Source: a bacterium
GTDB lineage: Bacteria; Patescibacteriota; Minisyncoccia; UBA6257; WO2-44-18
Length of the DNA: 64,000 nt
NCBI GenBank assembly: GCA_030689595.1
Contig: JAUYHP010000001.1
Coordinates: 15,628 to 79,627, forward strand
Direction: 5' to 3'
Shown here: in pieces, positions 19,501 to 28,867 of the stretch
Layout of the letters: every line of letters starts with the position of its first letter
Position numbering within the stretch: position 1 is the stretch's first letter
Notes under the pieces: model-generated
Databases searched by the model: none
What the model was told of the DNA's origin: nothing
Seen by the model: only the letters and a program-made list of their open reading frames with translations
Made by a program: the position numbers and the translations under genes

Positions 19501-22500
19501 GTGGGCGGCATATTGAGTGACGGCTCGTTAACTATTATAGCCAGCAGTACTCGTGAATTAACTTCGGCTTCATTTGGTAATCGGGTATCTATAGGCACAT
19601 CAACCCCATCGGCTCGCTTGACCATCTGGGGGCAGAGCACGGCCGCAAATACTTTGTTCAATGTTGTAGATAATGCTTCGACAACGATACTTTCTGTACT
19701 TGAAAATGGCAACGTCGGTATCGGCACTACTTCTCCGTATGCCAGGCTGTCTGTTAACGGCCTCTTGGCTATGTCATATTTCACCGCCACTAATACAGCT
19801 ACATCTACCTTAGTCGGTCCGTTATCAGCATCTGATTTGAGTAGCAGCGGAGATCTTATTGTGTCTGGTGCTACTACCACAGGTAGACTGTTGCTCAATC
19901 CTTATAACGCTAATAGTTCTGGCGTAAATTCAGTAAGCATAGCTTCTTCTAGCCCATCAGAAAATTATGGCTTTATCGTTGGCGAATTTCCAAGCTTTTT
20001 TGGCGGCTCCTTAAGAACGGCGGGCCCGGTGACGATAGGTGGCACGCTAACTGTTCGCAGCGGTTCTGCTACATCAACCTTTAGTGGACCTATTACATCA
20101 GAATCAGCCGGTAGTGATTTTATCCTTGCTTCTGCTGATCCCAACGGCAGATTATTGCTTGCTCCATATGGCGACCGAGTCTTAATCGGCACCACAACTG
20201 TATCAGCTTCTTCAACTCAAGATCGTCTGACTGTCTGGGGCAATATTGCCAATCCAGCTACTTCAACGCCGGTGTTGGTAGCTAGTACTACGATCCCAAA
20301 TAATGGCCCAGCCACTGCGGTAGTGGTTCAGGGTCGTTATGCTTATGTAATTTCTGCACAAAATGGCACTCCTGATCTGTATGTTTACGACGTTAGCAAT
20401 CCAGGCGCACCATTTGAAGTTGGCAACGCTACTATCAGCGTCGGAGGAGGAACTGAGCTGGCGGTTAGTGGTAATTACGTCTATGTTGGCGGCACTTCCG
20501 GTGGTAATTCTGCGGAGCTTAATGTAGTTGATGTTTCTAACGCCTCCGCACCAAAAGTTATCAAGCAGATAGCCATGAACAGCGTCAATGACCTAGTTGT
20601 TTCTGGGCGGTATCTTTACGTTGGCTCGGGGTCTGGTGCAGCCAGTAATGAATTTTCAATATTTGATATTTCTGATCCGCGCAGCTTATATGAGATCGGC
20701 GGACTTGTATATGCTAACGGTATAAATAATTTGTTTGTCCAGGGTCGCTATGCTTATTTGACAACTAACGCTCCTGCGGATGGCAATGAATTGAGAATCG
20801 TAGATATTAGTGACCCTACTTCTCCGCTTGAGATCGCTAGCATCGATGATGGTGGTGCCGCCGGTGACGTAGTCGTATTAGGCTCTTATGCCTATTTAGC
20901 ATCCGCCGCTGACCTTAGAATATTTGACGTGTCTAACCCAGGTTCGCCATCTAGCCTGTCTACGACAACTTTGCCGGGTACTCTTAATGGGCTTGACGTT
21001 GCCGGTCGTTATGCTTACACATCGGATGGCAATACCATTTATATATTGGATGTAATCAATCCAAATACTCCGGTAATTATTAGCGAAGTAACTGCTGTCA
21101 ACACCTCGGCTAGTGATGTCCATGTCGCTGGTAGATATTTATATTTAGGCAACGGTTCTCCAGTCGGCGGCGGCGGCAATTCGTTAAATATATATGACAT
21201 TTCCGGTTTGGAGACTACTTCAGCTATGATTCATTCATTAGACTCTGGTAATTTGCAAGTTAGGGGTCGCGCTTCCATTGGTGGTAATTTAAGCGTGGTT
21301 GGCGGTATCAATGTTGGCGCTGGTGGATTGTTAAGCGACGGGCCAATATCTGTAGTTGCTAGCACCACTCGCGAGGTCACTTCGGCTTCATTTGGTAATC
21401 GTGTTGCTATCGGTACGTCAACCCCATCGGCTAGATTGACTATTTGGGCAACTACTACCGCTGGTAGCAATGCTTCCAACGCAGTCTTTAATATAGCTGA
21501 CAGCGCCTCTACTAGTTTATTGATGGTTTTGGGCAATGGACGAGTTGGTTTGGGTACTACTTCGCCTGAAGCTACGCTAGGAGTTGACAATGTCAATAAC
21601 TCTACTAAGCCAGCACTTCTATTGAAGATCAATGGTGGTGGCGACGGAGGGGTGGCCATAGCAGTAGATGGTGACGCCTTTTGTGATGATGGTGATGCCC
21701 AAGCTACTTGTGCTCTTAACGACTTAGCTGAGCTATATCCGACTGCAGAGCCATTGAGTGGTGGCGATGTTGTAATGTTTGATGAGGGTAAGCCAATACA
21801 TATCAAAAAAGCTTCTGCTGATCAGAAAGCAAAGTTAGCCGGCGTGATTTCTACCAGCCCAGCTATAGTTTTTGAGGGCGGCAGACTTAAGGTCATGGGC
21901 AATGTTTATGTTCCTGAAGATGGCAAAGCTCCGCTAGGCCTTTCTGGCCGCATCCCAGTCAAAGTTAATTTAGATGGTGGCGAAATACAGATAGGTGACG
22001 CGTTAACCATTTCCTCTGAAGTTGGCGTAGCCAAGAAAGCTAGTCAAGCCGGTCGTATATTGGGCTATGCCTTGAATAATTATTCTGGTCCGACGGAAGA
22101 AAATGGTGGCAAGGTAGTTATGTTTATAAATTTGGGTTATTGGATGCCGTTGGCTTTAGAGAGTAGCGGTCCATTGACGGCTGATGCTGCGTCGATTTTG
22201 TCACAAGTTGTTGGCGTGGTAGAAAATTGGTTAGCTAATGCGGCTGTCAAGATCAAGGATTTATGGGTAGATACATTTAAAGTTGGTTCTTCCTCAAATC
22301 CAACAGGCATTACTCTATATGACGTGGAAACTAAACAGCCTTATTGTTTAATCGTGCGTAATGGTCTGCCTGAGACTACATCCGGTGAGTGCGCTGGAGT
22401 TTCGTCAGAGCCTGCACCAGCCCCCGAGCCAACGCCTGAACCAATCCCAGAGCCGGCTCCCGAGCCTGTACCCGAACCAGCTCCAGAACCCACTCCTGAG

Positions 22501-22542
22501 CCTGAGCCGGTTCCTGAGCCTGCACCCGAACCAGCTCCATAA
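16546..22542 (+). CDS. giant cell-surface protein of 1998 aa. It has an N-terminal signal anchor, more than 20 LVIVD-like beta-propeller blade repeats in two duplicated modules, and a C-terminal Pro-Glu-Pro-rich tail.
   Basis: N-terminus MKKTNTIIGTVIFGVIASLFFGSLSRA. The motif ...VSGRYAYVx(5-10)IxDVSNPxxPxEVG... recurs many times. The C-terminus is APAPEPTPEPIPEPAPEPVPEP. Confidence 0.8.
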   Translation: MKKTNTIIGTVIFGVIASLFFGSLSRANNNEYVINVVDGLNNPDVKIPPVNELNPLQFLSQLIQVSDPSLETESYEVSDPNPLGYVSQLAQVTGTSPDFQPRPRRLPTIGELFSGAFDAIGGVVTGVVDTVVDIFTADEPDVIPPPSQPTSTSDEPTPVTLPSDDEPVVQPKVVVTPTSQEPTTPPTIAPTTSSQPSSQTTTDPELLSRLAYLESLISAVGSQNSSFSSQIDALRQTLASSQRINSLGTSGDTSALIIESATVNSPSIDSPTIASASFSGTATGLIVNEISINGVILASSGDSITFSGDGGLGTTTVTNLSVTNTSTSTFSGPIGSIASDGSLVLSSIATTGPLLLNPYGGRVGFATQSPSILYGFSVATTSYFSNNLIVNGGSLGIGTTSPGAALSVSGAFLLDGATTSLNNVQYVWPSAHGSADQVLTTDSSGALSWAAAGVSSQWTSSGANIHYAIGNVGIGTTTPTSNRLIINASSSPNLLLSDDNGGADLKHVYASSSAGAFTFGILDDALSTYTEHFRIANDGNVGIGTTSPYAKLSVVGEIVGAYFTGTTTATSTLGGPLAASDSGTGDLIVSGATTTGRLLLNPYGGRVLIGTTTVSASSTQDRLTVWGNISNPATSTPTLMASTTLSFNGTGVFVQGRYAYVITAVDASGNEFRIFDVTNPGAPVEVGSANLGEAGNTIYVSGRYAYIGRDNAGGSEFQIWDISNPSLPVEIGGVETGSPHPQDIYVSGRYAYVVLNDTSGNTFRIYDVSNPTNPFEVGGLAIASGSGGKSVDIAGRYAFVGVNTPDDGKEIRVIDISNPTSPLEIGSIDAGANVQGQYVSGRYSYVLTNSALRIYDISNPAAISSLSTTTMGVSGSLYVSGRYAYAVGNNGSGDDFVVIDVANPNQPVIVGGAETGANMTGGVYVAGRYAYVVTTADGKSLNIFDISGIETVSAMAHSLEAGNLQVRNDVSIGGNLSISGGLNVGVGGILSDGSLTIIASSTRELTSASFGNRVSIGTSTPSARLTIWGQSTAANTLFNVVDNASTTILSVLENGNVGIGTTSPYARLSVNGLLAMSYFTATNTATSTLVGPLSASDLSSSGDLIVSGATTTGRLLLNPYNANSSGVNSVSIASSSPSENYGFIVGEFPSFFGGSLRTAGPVTIGGTLTVRSGSATSTFSGPITSESAGSDFILASADPNGRLLLAPYGDRVLIGTTTVSASSTQDRLTVWGNIANPATSTPVLVASTTIPNNGPATAVVVQGRYAYVISAQNGTPDLYVYDVSNPGAPFEVGNATISVGGGTELAVSGNYVYVGGTSGGNSAELNVVDVSNASAPKVIKQIAMNSVNDLVVSGRYLYVGSGSGAASNEFSIFDISDPRSLYEIGGLVYANGINNLFVQGRYAYLTTNAPADGNELRIVDISDPTSPLEIASIDDGGAAGDVVVLGSYAYLASAADLRIFDVSNPGSPSSLSTTTLPGTLNGLDVAGRYAYTSDGNTIYILDVINPNTPVIISEVTAVNTSASDVHVAGRYLYLGNGSPVGGGGNSLNIYDISGLETTSAMIHSLDSGNLQVRGRASIGGNLSVVGGINVGAGGLLSDGPISVVASTTREVTSASFGNRVAIGTSTPSARLTIWATTTAGSNASNAVFNIADSASTSLLMVLGNGRVGLGTTSPEATLGVDNVNNSTKPALLLKINGGGDGGVAIAVDGDAFCDDGDAQATCALNDLAELYPTAEPLSGGDVVMFDEGKPIHIKKASADQKAKLAGVISTSPAIVFEGGRLKVMGNVYVPEDGKAPLGLSGRIPVKVNLDGGEIQIGDALTISSEVGVAKKASQAGRILGYALNNYSGPTEENGGKVVMFINLGYWMPLALESSGPLTADAASILSQVVGVVENWLANAAVKIKDLWVDTFKVGSSSNPTGITLYDVETKQPYCLIVRNGLPETTSGECAGVSSEPAPAPEPTPEPIPEPAPEPVPEPAPEPTPEPEPVPEPAPEPAP

Positions 22543-22571
22543 AAATACCCTCGTTAACGAGGGTATTTTTA
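22541..22571. terminator. Bidirectional intrinsic terminator shared by the giant gene and comF.
   Basis: aaaa-ATACCCTCGttaaCGAGGGTAT-ttttt. It overlaps the comF stop codon. Confidence 0.8.
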
Positions 22572-23297
22572 TGCTTTGGCGATGACCAGGCCGATAATTT
22601 TTCTTGCTCCCGCGGTTTTTAGAGCTCTAGCAGCTTCATTTAAAGTGGCGCCGGAGGTTGTCACGTCATCAACTAATATTATTTGACGGCCCTTAATGGT
22701 TGGGGCAATGCCTTTATCCAAAACAAAGCAGCCTGCGATATTATCGCGACGTCGATCGTAATCACTTATTTCAGCTTGGCGCGGCGTGTCTTTAACACGC
22801 ATCAATGTATTGTGAATCGGTAATTTGAGAAGTTGGGACAATTCTTGGGCTAACAGCAGGCTTTGGTTAAAACCACGTTTTCGTTCGCGCTTTTTGTGAA
22901 GGGGCATTGGGGATATGATGGCATTAGAATCAATAACAGATTGCAAGTTAGATTTCTCTAAAAACTGGGCTAGTATTTTACCAGATTGCTTGGCTAGCCA
23001 TGGTTTGTGACGGTATTTATATTGCCAGATGATATTACGCGCTACGTCGTTGCTATAATTTGTAGCGGCGGCTAACAGATAGGCCGAATTTTTGTGACAG
23101 ATCTTTTTATTTTCGGGTAATCGCGCTCGACAGGTTGAGCAAATGGCTGTGTCATTTACAGTTACTGAACCTAAACACGTCGCACATAAGCCCTCTTTAT
23201 TTTCTGAGACAGACCGACAATTAACGCAGATGGCTGGTGACAGGGTGTCAAACAATAAACTGCGTATTGTGGATAATAACTTATAGAGATGATTCAT
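22569..23297 (-). CDS. comF: competence protein ComF (ComFC-type, phosphoribosyltransferase fold)
   Basis: N-terminal Zn-finger cysteines (CVNCRS...CATCLGS) and a C-terminal PRTase motif (IILVDDVTTSGATL). Confidence 0.75.
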   Translation of the reverse strand: MNHLYKLLSTIRSLLFDTLSPAICVNCRSVSENKEGLCATCLGSVTVNDTAICSTCRARLPENKKICHKNSAYLLAAATNYSNDVARNIIWQYKYRHKPWLAKQSGKILAQFLEKSNLQSVIDSNAIISPMPLHKKRERKRGFNQSLLLAQELSQLLKLPIHNTLMRVKDTPRQAEISDYDRRRDNIAGCFVLDKGIAPTIKGRQIILVDDVTTSGATLNEAARALKTAGARKIIGLVIAKA

Positions 23298-23319
23298 CTC
23301 GTGATATAATAACAGTAAG

Positions 23320-24393
23320 ATGTTTGGGCTGCAATCTTTATTCGGTTTGAAGTCTTATTTGGGCGTGGATATTGGCACCACGTCTATTAAAGTTGCGGAA
23401 GTAGTTAGATCATCTAATGGTGCGAAGTTAAAAAATTATGGCATCTTGGAAACATACACTTATCTGGATCGTTCCAATGAGGCGCTGCAAACCAGCAGCT
23501 TAAAGTTAATAGATACCGAAACAGCGACCTACCTCAAATTGCTAATGTCTAGAGCGGGCATAAAGACTGATAGAGTCGTTGCTTCTTTGCCGGCCTTCTC
23601 AGCTTTCACTACTTTGGTGGAACTCCCAGCCATGCCGCCGGAGGATCTGGCGCGCACTATGCAATTTCAGGCTAAGCAATACGTACCGTTACCGATTGCA
23701 GCCGTAACTTTAGATTGGCTTAAGGTTGGGGAGAGAATCGATGAGAATGGCGCCAAAAAGGATCAAATTTTTCTGATAGCTATTTTGAATGAGCAAATTA
23801 ATAAATATCGCAAAATTTTTGAGGCCGCTGATCTTAAGTTGGTGGCTATGGAAGTTGAGGGTATAAGCCAGGCTAGGGTTTTCACAGCTGGTGTCAAGGA
23901 GCCAGTGATGATAATTGACATCGGGGCGCGGTCGACAGGGTTTTCTATAGCTCAAAATGGCTTTTTGAAGTTTACTGGGCAGACTGATTTTGCTGGAGGG
24001 TCCCTAACTCAAATTTTAGCTTCGGGCCTGGGGGTCTCAACGCGGAAAGCTGAAGAATTGAAGAAACAGCACGGCTTGACAGGCGGTGGTGCCACTGGTG
24101 AGTTATCCACACTCATAAGACCCATATTGGATGTTATAATTAATGAGGCGAAGAGGATAAAAAATAATTACGAAGATACCTACAAGGAGAAGGTTGGGTT
24201 GATCGTTTTAGCTGGTGGTGGTTCGAGATTGCCGGGTGTAGCAAACTATATAAGCCAGCAGTTGGATATAGTGGCTGAAAAGGGCAATCCGTTTAAAAAA
24301 GTTGAATATCCACCAGAGCTCACCCCGTTAATAGAAGATCTTCGCACTGTTTTAAGTACCTCTATCGGCCTAGGCTTGAAGAGCGATCTATAA
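23320..24393 (+). CDS. pilM: type IV pilus assembly protein PilM
   Basis: Actin-like ATPase fold. The N-terminal GVDIGTTSIKVAEV is typical of PilM. Confidence 0.85.
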   Translation: MFGLQSLFGLKSYLGVDIGTTSIKVAEVVRSSNGAKLKNYGILETYTYLDRSNEALQTSSLKLIDTETATYLKLLMSRAGIKTDRVVASLPAFSAFTTLVELPAMPPEDLARTMQFQAKQYVPLPIAAVTLDWLKVGERIDENGAKKDQIFLIAILNEQINKYRKIFEAADLKLVAMEVEGISQARVFTAGVKEPVMIIDIGARSTGFSIAQNGFLKFTGQTDFAGGSLTQILASGLGVSTRKAEELKKQHGLTGGGATGELSTLIRPILDVIINEAKRIKNNYEDTYKEKVGLIVLAGGGSRLPGVANYISQQLDIVAEKGNPFKKVEYPPELTPLIEDLRTVLSTSIGLGLKSDL

Positions 24394-24394
24394 A

Positions 24395-24925
24395 ATGGAA
24401 AATAATCTTAACAACTTAGGTCCGGAAAAATTAGAAGTTGGGTGGCCTTGGCGGTTACTTATGTTTTCCGCCATACTTTTTGGTGTTTTGGTAGCCGTCT
24501 ATCTCGGTTTTTTGTTTGGCTATAATCCTTATTTGGACGCACAAATTGATGATGTTGATCAGGAAATAGCGGCTTTGGCTCAATCTGTACCAGTGGCCGA
24601 ACAGGAAGCCCTGCTTACTTTTTATGCCCAGCTTAGCAATTTGCAAGGCGTCTTGGCTAAGCATGTGGTTGTATCAAAAGTTTTCGATATTATAGAGCGC
24701 ACAACCAATCGTTTGGTATATTATTCCAATTTTGATTTAAATGTTAGCAAGCGCACCATAACAATTGATGGCACCGCTCAATCTTACAATGTTGTGTCTC
24801 AGCAGCTAGAATCTTTTAAACAGGATCCTGACGTCGAAAGTTTTTCTATCAATCAAGCCAATGATCGAGATTCTGAAGCTAATTTCAAAGTTGTTTTGGT
24901 AATCAAGCCAGAAGTATTTAAATAA
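24395..24925 (+). CDS. pilN: PilN-like type IV pilus assembly protein
   Basis: Single N-terminal TM helix followed by a coiled-coil periplasmic domain. It is directly downstream of pilM. Confidence 0.6.
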   Translation: MENNLNNLGPEKLEVGWPWRLLMFSAILFGVLVAVYLGFLFGYNPYLDAQIDDVDQEIAALAQSVPVAEQEALLTFYAQLSNLQGVLAKHVVVSKVFDIIERTTNRLVYYSNFDLNVSKRTITIDGTAQSYNVVSQQLESFKQDPDVESFSINQANDRDSEANFKVVLVIKPEVFK

Positions 24926-24930
24926 CCACC

Positions 24931-25446
24931 ATGAAGCCTAGTTCAAAAAGAAGTTTAAGTTTGTTAGCGTCAGCTGTTTTATTGATCGGCGCACTGGTGT
25001 TCTATGCCAATTTTATAAAGTCAGAGTATGACGATGTACAGCGACTAAGGGGCAACTTAGAGGCCAAAAAAGAATTGTTTGAAAAACAGCGCGATATTAT
25101 TGAGCGAGTAAAGATGCTTCTAGAGACATACAAGGGCTCTACTAGATTGCAAGAGACTATTTCTCTGGCTTTGCCAGCATACGAAGATACTGCGTCTTTG
25201 TTCCAACAAGTTTTTGCCATAACACAAAGCAGTGGGCTAAGGATGCAGAGTTTCAATTTAAGTAAAACGCCGCCTCGTGGTGATAAATTGGGTTTGATAA
25301 AATTGAACCTGACCTTCCGTGGTTCATACAGCGCCCTTAAATCGCTGACGCAATCATTAGAGACGAACATACGAGTTATGGATATATCAAGCTTAGACAT
25401 ACGTGGCGATTTATATAATTTATCGATAGATACTTATTACCAATAA
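24931..25446 (+). CDS. pilO: PilO-like type IV pilus assembly protein
   Basis: TM helix plus coiled-coil, positioned after pilN. Confidence 0.55.
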   Translation: MKPSSKRSLSLLASAVLLIGALVFYANFIKSEYDDVQRLRGNLEAKKELFEKQRDIIERVKMLLETYKGSTRLQETISLALPAYEDTASLFQQVFAITQSSGLRMQSFNLSKTPPRGDKLGLIKLNLTFRGSYSALKSLTQSLETNIRVMDISSLDIRGDLYNLSIDTYYQ

Positions 25447-25447
25447 T

Positions 25448-25738
25448 ATGGCTGTAGTATTAGAAGAAAATAAAAAAACATTTAGCTGGGGTAAGTTCGT
25501 GGGCATCATAGTTTTGGTGGTCGTTTTGGGTTTAGCTGTCTACTATTTGTTTTTTGCGCCAACGCCGGCTTTCGAGATCGTCGTTCCGTCCCCACTACAG
25601 TCAGCTCAGCAGATTTCCGATCTAGAGATTGACCCAGCTGTTGTAGTTAACAGCGCGGCTTTTAAGAGCCTAAAAAGCCATTCACCAGTTCCTTCGGTGG
25701 GCGTCATTGGCAGGGTCAATCCGTTCGTGCCGTTTTAA
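25448..25738 (+). CDS. small membrane protein in the pilMNO operon, possibly a PilP analogue.
   Basis: 96 aa with one TM helix. It is translationally coupled to pilO by a 1-nt gap. Confidence 0.4.
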   Translation: MAVVLEENKKTFSWGKFVGIIVLVVVLGLAVYYLFFAPTPAFEIVVPSPLQSAQQISDLEIDPAVVVNSAAFKSLKSHSPVPSVGVIGRVNPFVPF

Positions 25739-25849
25739 GGAACTAAGTCCCATTAGAAGCCATGATCGCTTTGATGGGTATTGAGTCCGTGAATTATAAG
25801 TTAGAATTATCGAATTAAAATTAATTTGCGGGTTAGCGATAATCGCAAT

Positions 25850-25868
25850 CTGCTTCTAACGAGATGAA
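25850..25868 (+). promoter_or_regulatory. Conserved translation-initiation-region motif CTG(C/T)TTCTAACGAGATGAA spanning the pilB start codon.
   Basis: 19 nt, of which 18 are identical to the motif at the pilC start (28849-28867). Confidence 0.45.
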
Positions 25869-27579
25869 AGACACCGATTTCTTAAAAGCCATAATTGATG
25901 CTAAGTTGCTTGATCCTAAGGCGGCCAATAAATTATTGGCCGATTCTCAAGAATCCAGAAAATCGATTGAGCAGTTGATTTATGACCGTCAACTCATTGA
26001 AGAGGAGAGGGTCGCTAAAGTTAAGGGCGACGTTCTTAAGATACCCTACAAAAAAATCGACCTCAATAAAATTACCGATAAGTTATTGAGTCTGATTCCA
26101 GCGGATGCGGCAAAAAACTATAGAATTATTCCTCTAGAACAACGAGAGGATATGCTAGTGGTTGGAGCTGTTAACCCGGAAGATATTAAAGTCAGAGAGG
26201 CTTTGCGTTTTATTGGCAAGGATTTGAAATTAAATTTGGGGGTTTATTTGGTTACACCTAAAGATGTTGAATTGGTGTTAAAAAAATATGGAGGGTCCAC
26301 CGACGAGGTTGCGGCTGCGCTAAAGGCCATAAAGCCGTTGGGCAAACAAGGCAGAGTTCAGTTGGAATCAGAGATAGCTGTGGCCCAAGAGGCGCCGGTA
26401 ATAAAGATTGTGGCTTCCGTTTTGAAGGACGCAGTTAGTATTGATGCCTCTGATGTGCACATCGAGCCACAGCGCACTCGTTTGCGTATCCGTTTTCGCA
26501 AAGATGGCGATCTACAAGAAGTGTTGTCCTTGCCTATTGAGTTGCATCAGCCTATAATTTCACGCGTTAAGATTTTGTCTAATTTGAAAATTGACGAAAC
26601 CAGGATGCCACAAGATGGACGTTTCCGTAGCGATATATTGGATAGAAGCATAGATTTTCGTGTTTCAACCTTCCCGACGCCTTTTGGCGAAAAGGTTGCT
26701 CTGCGCGTGCTGGATCCCAACATTGGCTTGCGGAGCTTGGATGACTTAGGCCTACTTAAAAACAACGCTGATTTATTGAAAGAAGCCATTAATCGTCCCT
26801 ACGGGATGATCTTAATGACTGGGCCGACCGGTTCCGGCAAGACGACTACGTTGTATTCTTTGTTGCAGATAGTAAATAAAGATAACGTCAATATTGTTAG
26901 CTTAGAAGACCCTGTTGAATATTCAATCGAGGGTGTAAATCAGTCACAGATTCGTCCTGAGATAGGCTATGATTTTGCTAGCGGTTTACGTGAGATCTTG
27001 CGCCAAGATCCGGATGTTATTATGGTCGGTGAAATTCGTGATAGTGAGACGGCCAATCTAGCAGTCCATGCTGCACTTACGGGTCATATAGTTCTGACTA
27101 CGTTGCACACCAATAATTCTGTTACCGCTGTGCCACGATTGATTGATTTGGGAGTGCAATCATTCCTCTTGCCATCGGCTTTGAATTTGATGGCAGCTCA
27201 ACGCTTGGTGCCAGCGCTTTGCCAAAAGTGCAAGACTGCATCAGAGGCTCCACAGGAGATGTCGGAGATTATAGAGTCAGAATTGGCAAAGCTACCTAGT
27301 GCGCTTCAGGTTAAATATAAGTCACCGTTTAAGATATATCATGCCAAAGGATGTGATTCTTGTAACCAAAAGGGCATAACCGGTCGCGTGGCTATTTTTG
27401 AAGCTTTCAAAATGACCCCACAATTGTCAGAGATAATTAGCGCCGGACTAAATGAAAATAAATTGTGGGATGAAGCAAAGCGACAGCAGATGGTTACTTT
27501 AAGGCAGGATGGCATCATCAAGGCGTTAGATGGCCTTGTCAGCATGGAGGGTGTATTAAAAGAGACCTCAGAGGCGTGA
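25864..27579 (+). CDS. pilB: type IV pilus assembly ATPase PilB (GspE family)
   Basis: N-terminal GSPII_E_N-like domain, Walker A GPTGSGKTTT, Asp box, His box and tetracysteine (CQKC...CDSC). 571 aa. Confidence 0.9.
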   Translation: MKDTDFLKAIIDAKLLDPKAANKLLADSQESRKSIEQLIYDRQLIEEERVAKVKGDVLKIPYKKIDLNKITDKLLSLIPADAAKNYRIIPLEQREDMLVVGAVNPEDIKVREALRFIGKDLKLNLGVYLVTPKDVELVLKKYGGSTDEVAAALKAIKPLGKQGRVQLESEIAVAQEAPVIKIVASVLKDAVSIDASDVHIEPQRTRLRIRFRKDGDLQEVLSLPIELHQPIISRVKILSNLKIDETRMPQDGRFRSDILDRSIDFRVSTFPTPFGEKVALRVLDPNIGLRSLDDLGLLKNNADLLKEAINRPYGMILMTGPTGSGKTTTLYSLLQIVNKDNVNIVSLEDPVEYSIEGVNQSQIRPEIGYDFASGLREILRQDPDVIMVGEIRDSETANLAVHAALTGHIVLTTLHTNNSVTAVPRLIDLGVQSFLLPSALNLMAAQRLVPALCQKCKTASEAPQEMSEIIESELAKLPSALQVKYKSPFKIYHAKGCDSCNQKGITGRVAIFEAFKMTPQLSEIISAGLNENKLWDEAKRQQMVTLRQDGIIKALDGLVSMEGVLKETSEA

Positions 27580-27662
27580 TATAATAATAGTAATCGCGAA
27601 TAGTGTTAATTTAAATTAAATAACGCGAACCTAACCCACTACTGGGCAGGAGCAGATACTCT

Positions 27663-28733
27663 ATGAGTGACTATCAAAAAAAACTTAATCAACTTTTAAC
27701 AGAGGCGGCCAGTCGTGGTGCTTCCGATCTGCATTTGGGAGTGGGCTTTAGGCCTGCTCTGAGGATAGATGGCTCTTTGGTACAGCTTAGTGATGAAGAA
27801 TTATTAACCCCAGAAACGGCCGAGGGGCTGGTTTTGTCTTTGTTAAGTCCGGAGCAGAAAGAAATTCTTGCTCAGGATAAAGAGCTGGACTTTTCTTATA
27901 CATTTGATAATAAAGCGCGTTTCAGGATAAATGTTTTTTATCAGCGAGGCTTTTTATCAGCGGCCTTGAGATTAGTACAAGCTAAGGTCCCGTCTATTGA
28001 TGACTTGGGGCTACCGCCGATATTGCATGATTTCACTAAATTAAATCAGGGGTTTATTTTAGTGGTGGGGCCAGCTGGTCATGGGAAATCAACAACTTTG
28101 GCTGCTCTAGCTGACGAGGTGAATCACAATCGTTTTGACCATATTATTACCATTGAAGATCCGGTGGAATATATCTTTACTCAAGATAAATCCATGGTTT
28201 CACAGCGTGAAGTTAGAGCTGACACACTAGGGTTCAATCGTGCTCTAAAATCTGTTTTGCGCCAGGACCCAGACGTTATCATGGTCGGGGAAATGCGTGG
28301 TCATGAATCTATTTTGGCAGCCATGACAGCTGCTGAGACGGGTCATCTAGTTCTATCCACTTTGCATACTAATTCGGCTGCGCAGACGATCGATCGTATA
28401 ATAGATAGTTTCCCATCGCAACAACAAAATCAGGCTGCGTCGCAGTTGGCATCCACTTTGGCGGCTATAGTCTCGGAGAGGTTGATTCCTAAAATTGGCG
28501 GAGGGCGTGTGCCAGCTTGTGAGATCATGATAATGAATTCGGCTATTAGGAATCTGATTAGAGAGAGAAAAGTTCATCAAATTGATTTAGTAATTGAGAC
28601 TAGCGCTCAAGAAGGCATGGTTACTTTGAATCGCTCTTTGGTTAGTTTGGTTAAAAAGAAAATCATCTCCAAAGAGAACGCACAGTTATACTCTTTAAAT
28701 CAATCGGAACTAAAGATATTATTAGAGAGATAG
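27663..28733 (+). CDS. pilT: twitching motility ATPase PilT
   Basis: 356 aa. Walker A GPAGHGKSTT and a PilT-type C-terminal region. Confidence 0.9.
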   Translation: MSDYQKKLNQLLTEAASRGASDLHLGVGFRPALRIDGSLVQLSDEELLTPETAEGLVLSLLSPEQKEILAQDKELDFSYTFDNKARFRINVFYQRGFLSAALRLVQAKVPSIDDLGLPPILHDFTKLNQGFILVVGPAGHGKSTTLAALADEVNHNRFDHIITIEDPVEYIFTQDKSMVSQREVRADTLGFNRALKSVLRQDPDVIMVGEMRGHESILAAMTAAETGHLVLSTLHTNSAAQTIDRIIDSFPSQQQNQAASQLASTLAAIVSERLIPKIGGGRVPACEIMIMNSAIRNLIRERKVHQIDLVIETSAQEGMVTLNRSLVSLVKKKIISKENAQLYSLNQSELKILLER

Positions 28734-28848
28734 GTGATAATCCCGCTAGAAGCGAGTAGGCTTCAGAAATTATATCCAACATGATATTCCAATCAGTAAA
28801 ACATCTAAGATCAACTATTGCGGCATGAATGTGCTTATTCAGCACATT

Positions 28849-28867
28849 CTGTTTCTAACGAGATGAA
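28849..28867 (+). promoter_or_regulatory. Second copy of the CTG(C/T)TTCTAACGAGATGAA motif, spanning the pilC start codon.
   Basis: See the copy at 25850-25868. The position relative to the ATG is identical. Confidence 0.45.

Noticed and set aside
16842-21806. Multiple antisense ORFs inside the giant surface-protein gene, for example 17178..17597, 19413..19898 and 21231..21806.
   Set aside because: They are shadow ORFs on the opposite strand of a long repetitive gene with a continuous sense frame. Nothing supports them independently.
21600-22360. C-terminal region of the giant protein as a phage tail-spike intramolecular-chaperone (peptidase S74) domain.
   Set aside because: No Ser-Lys dyad context of the S..R.K type could be recognised by eye. 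Only a generic beta-rich composition is present.
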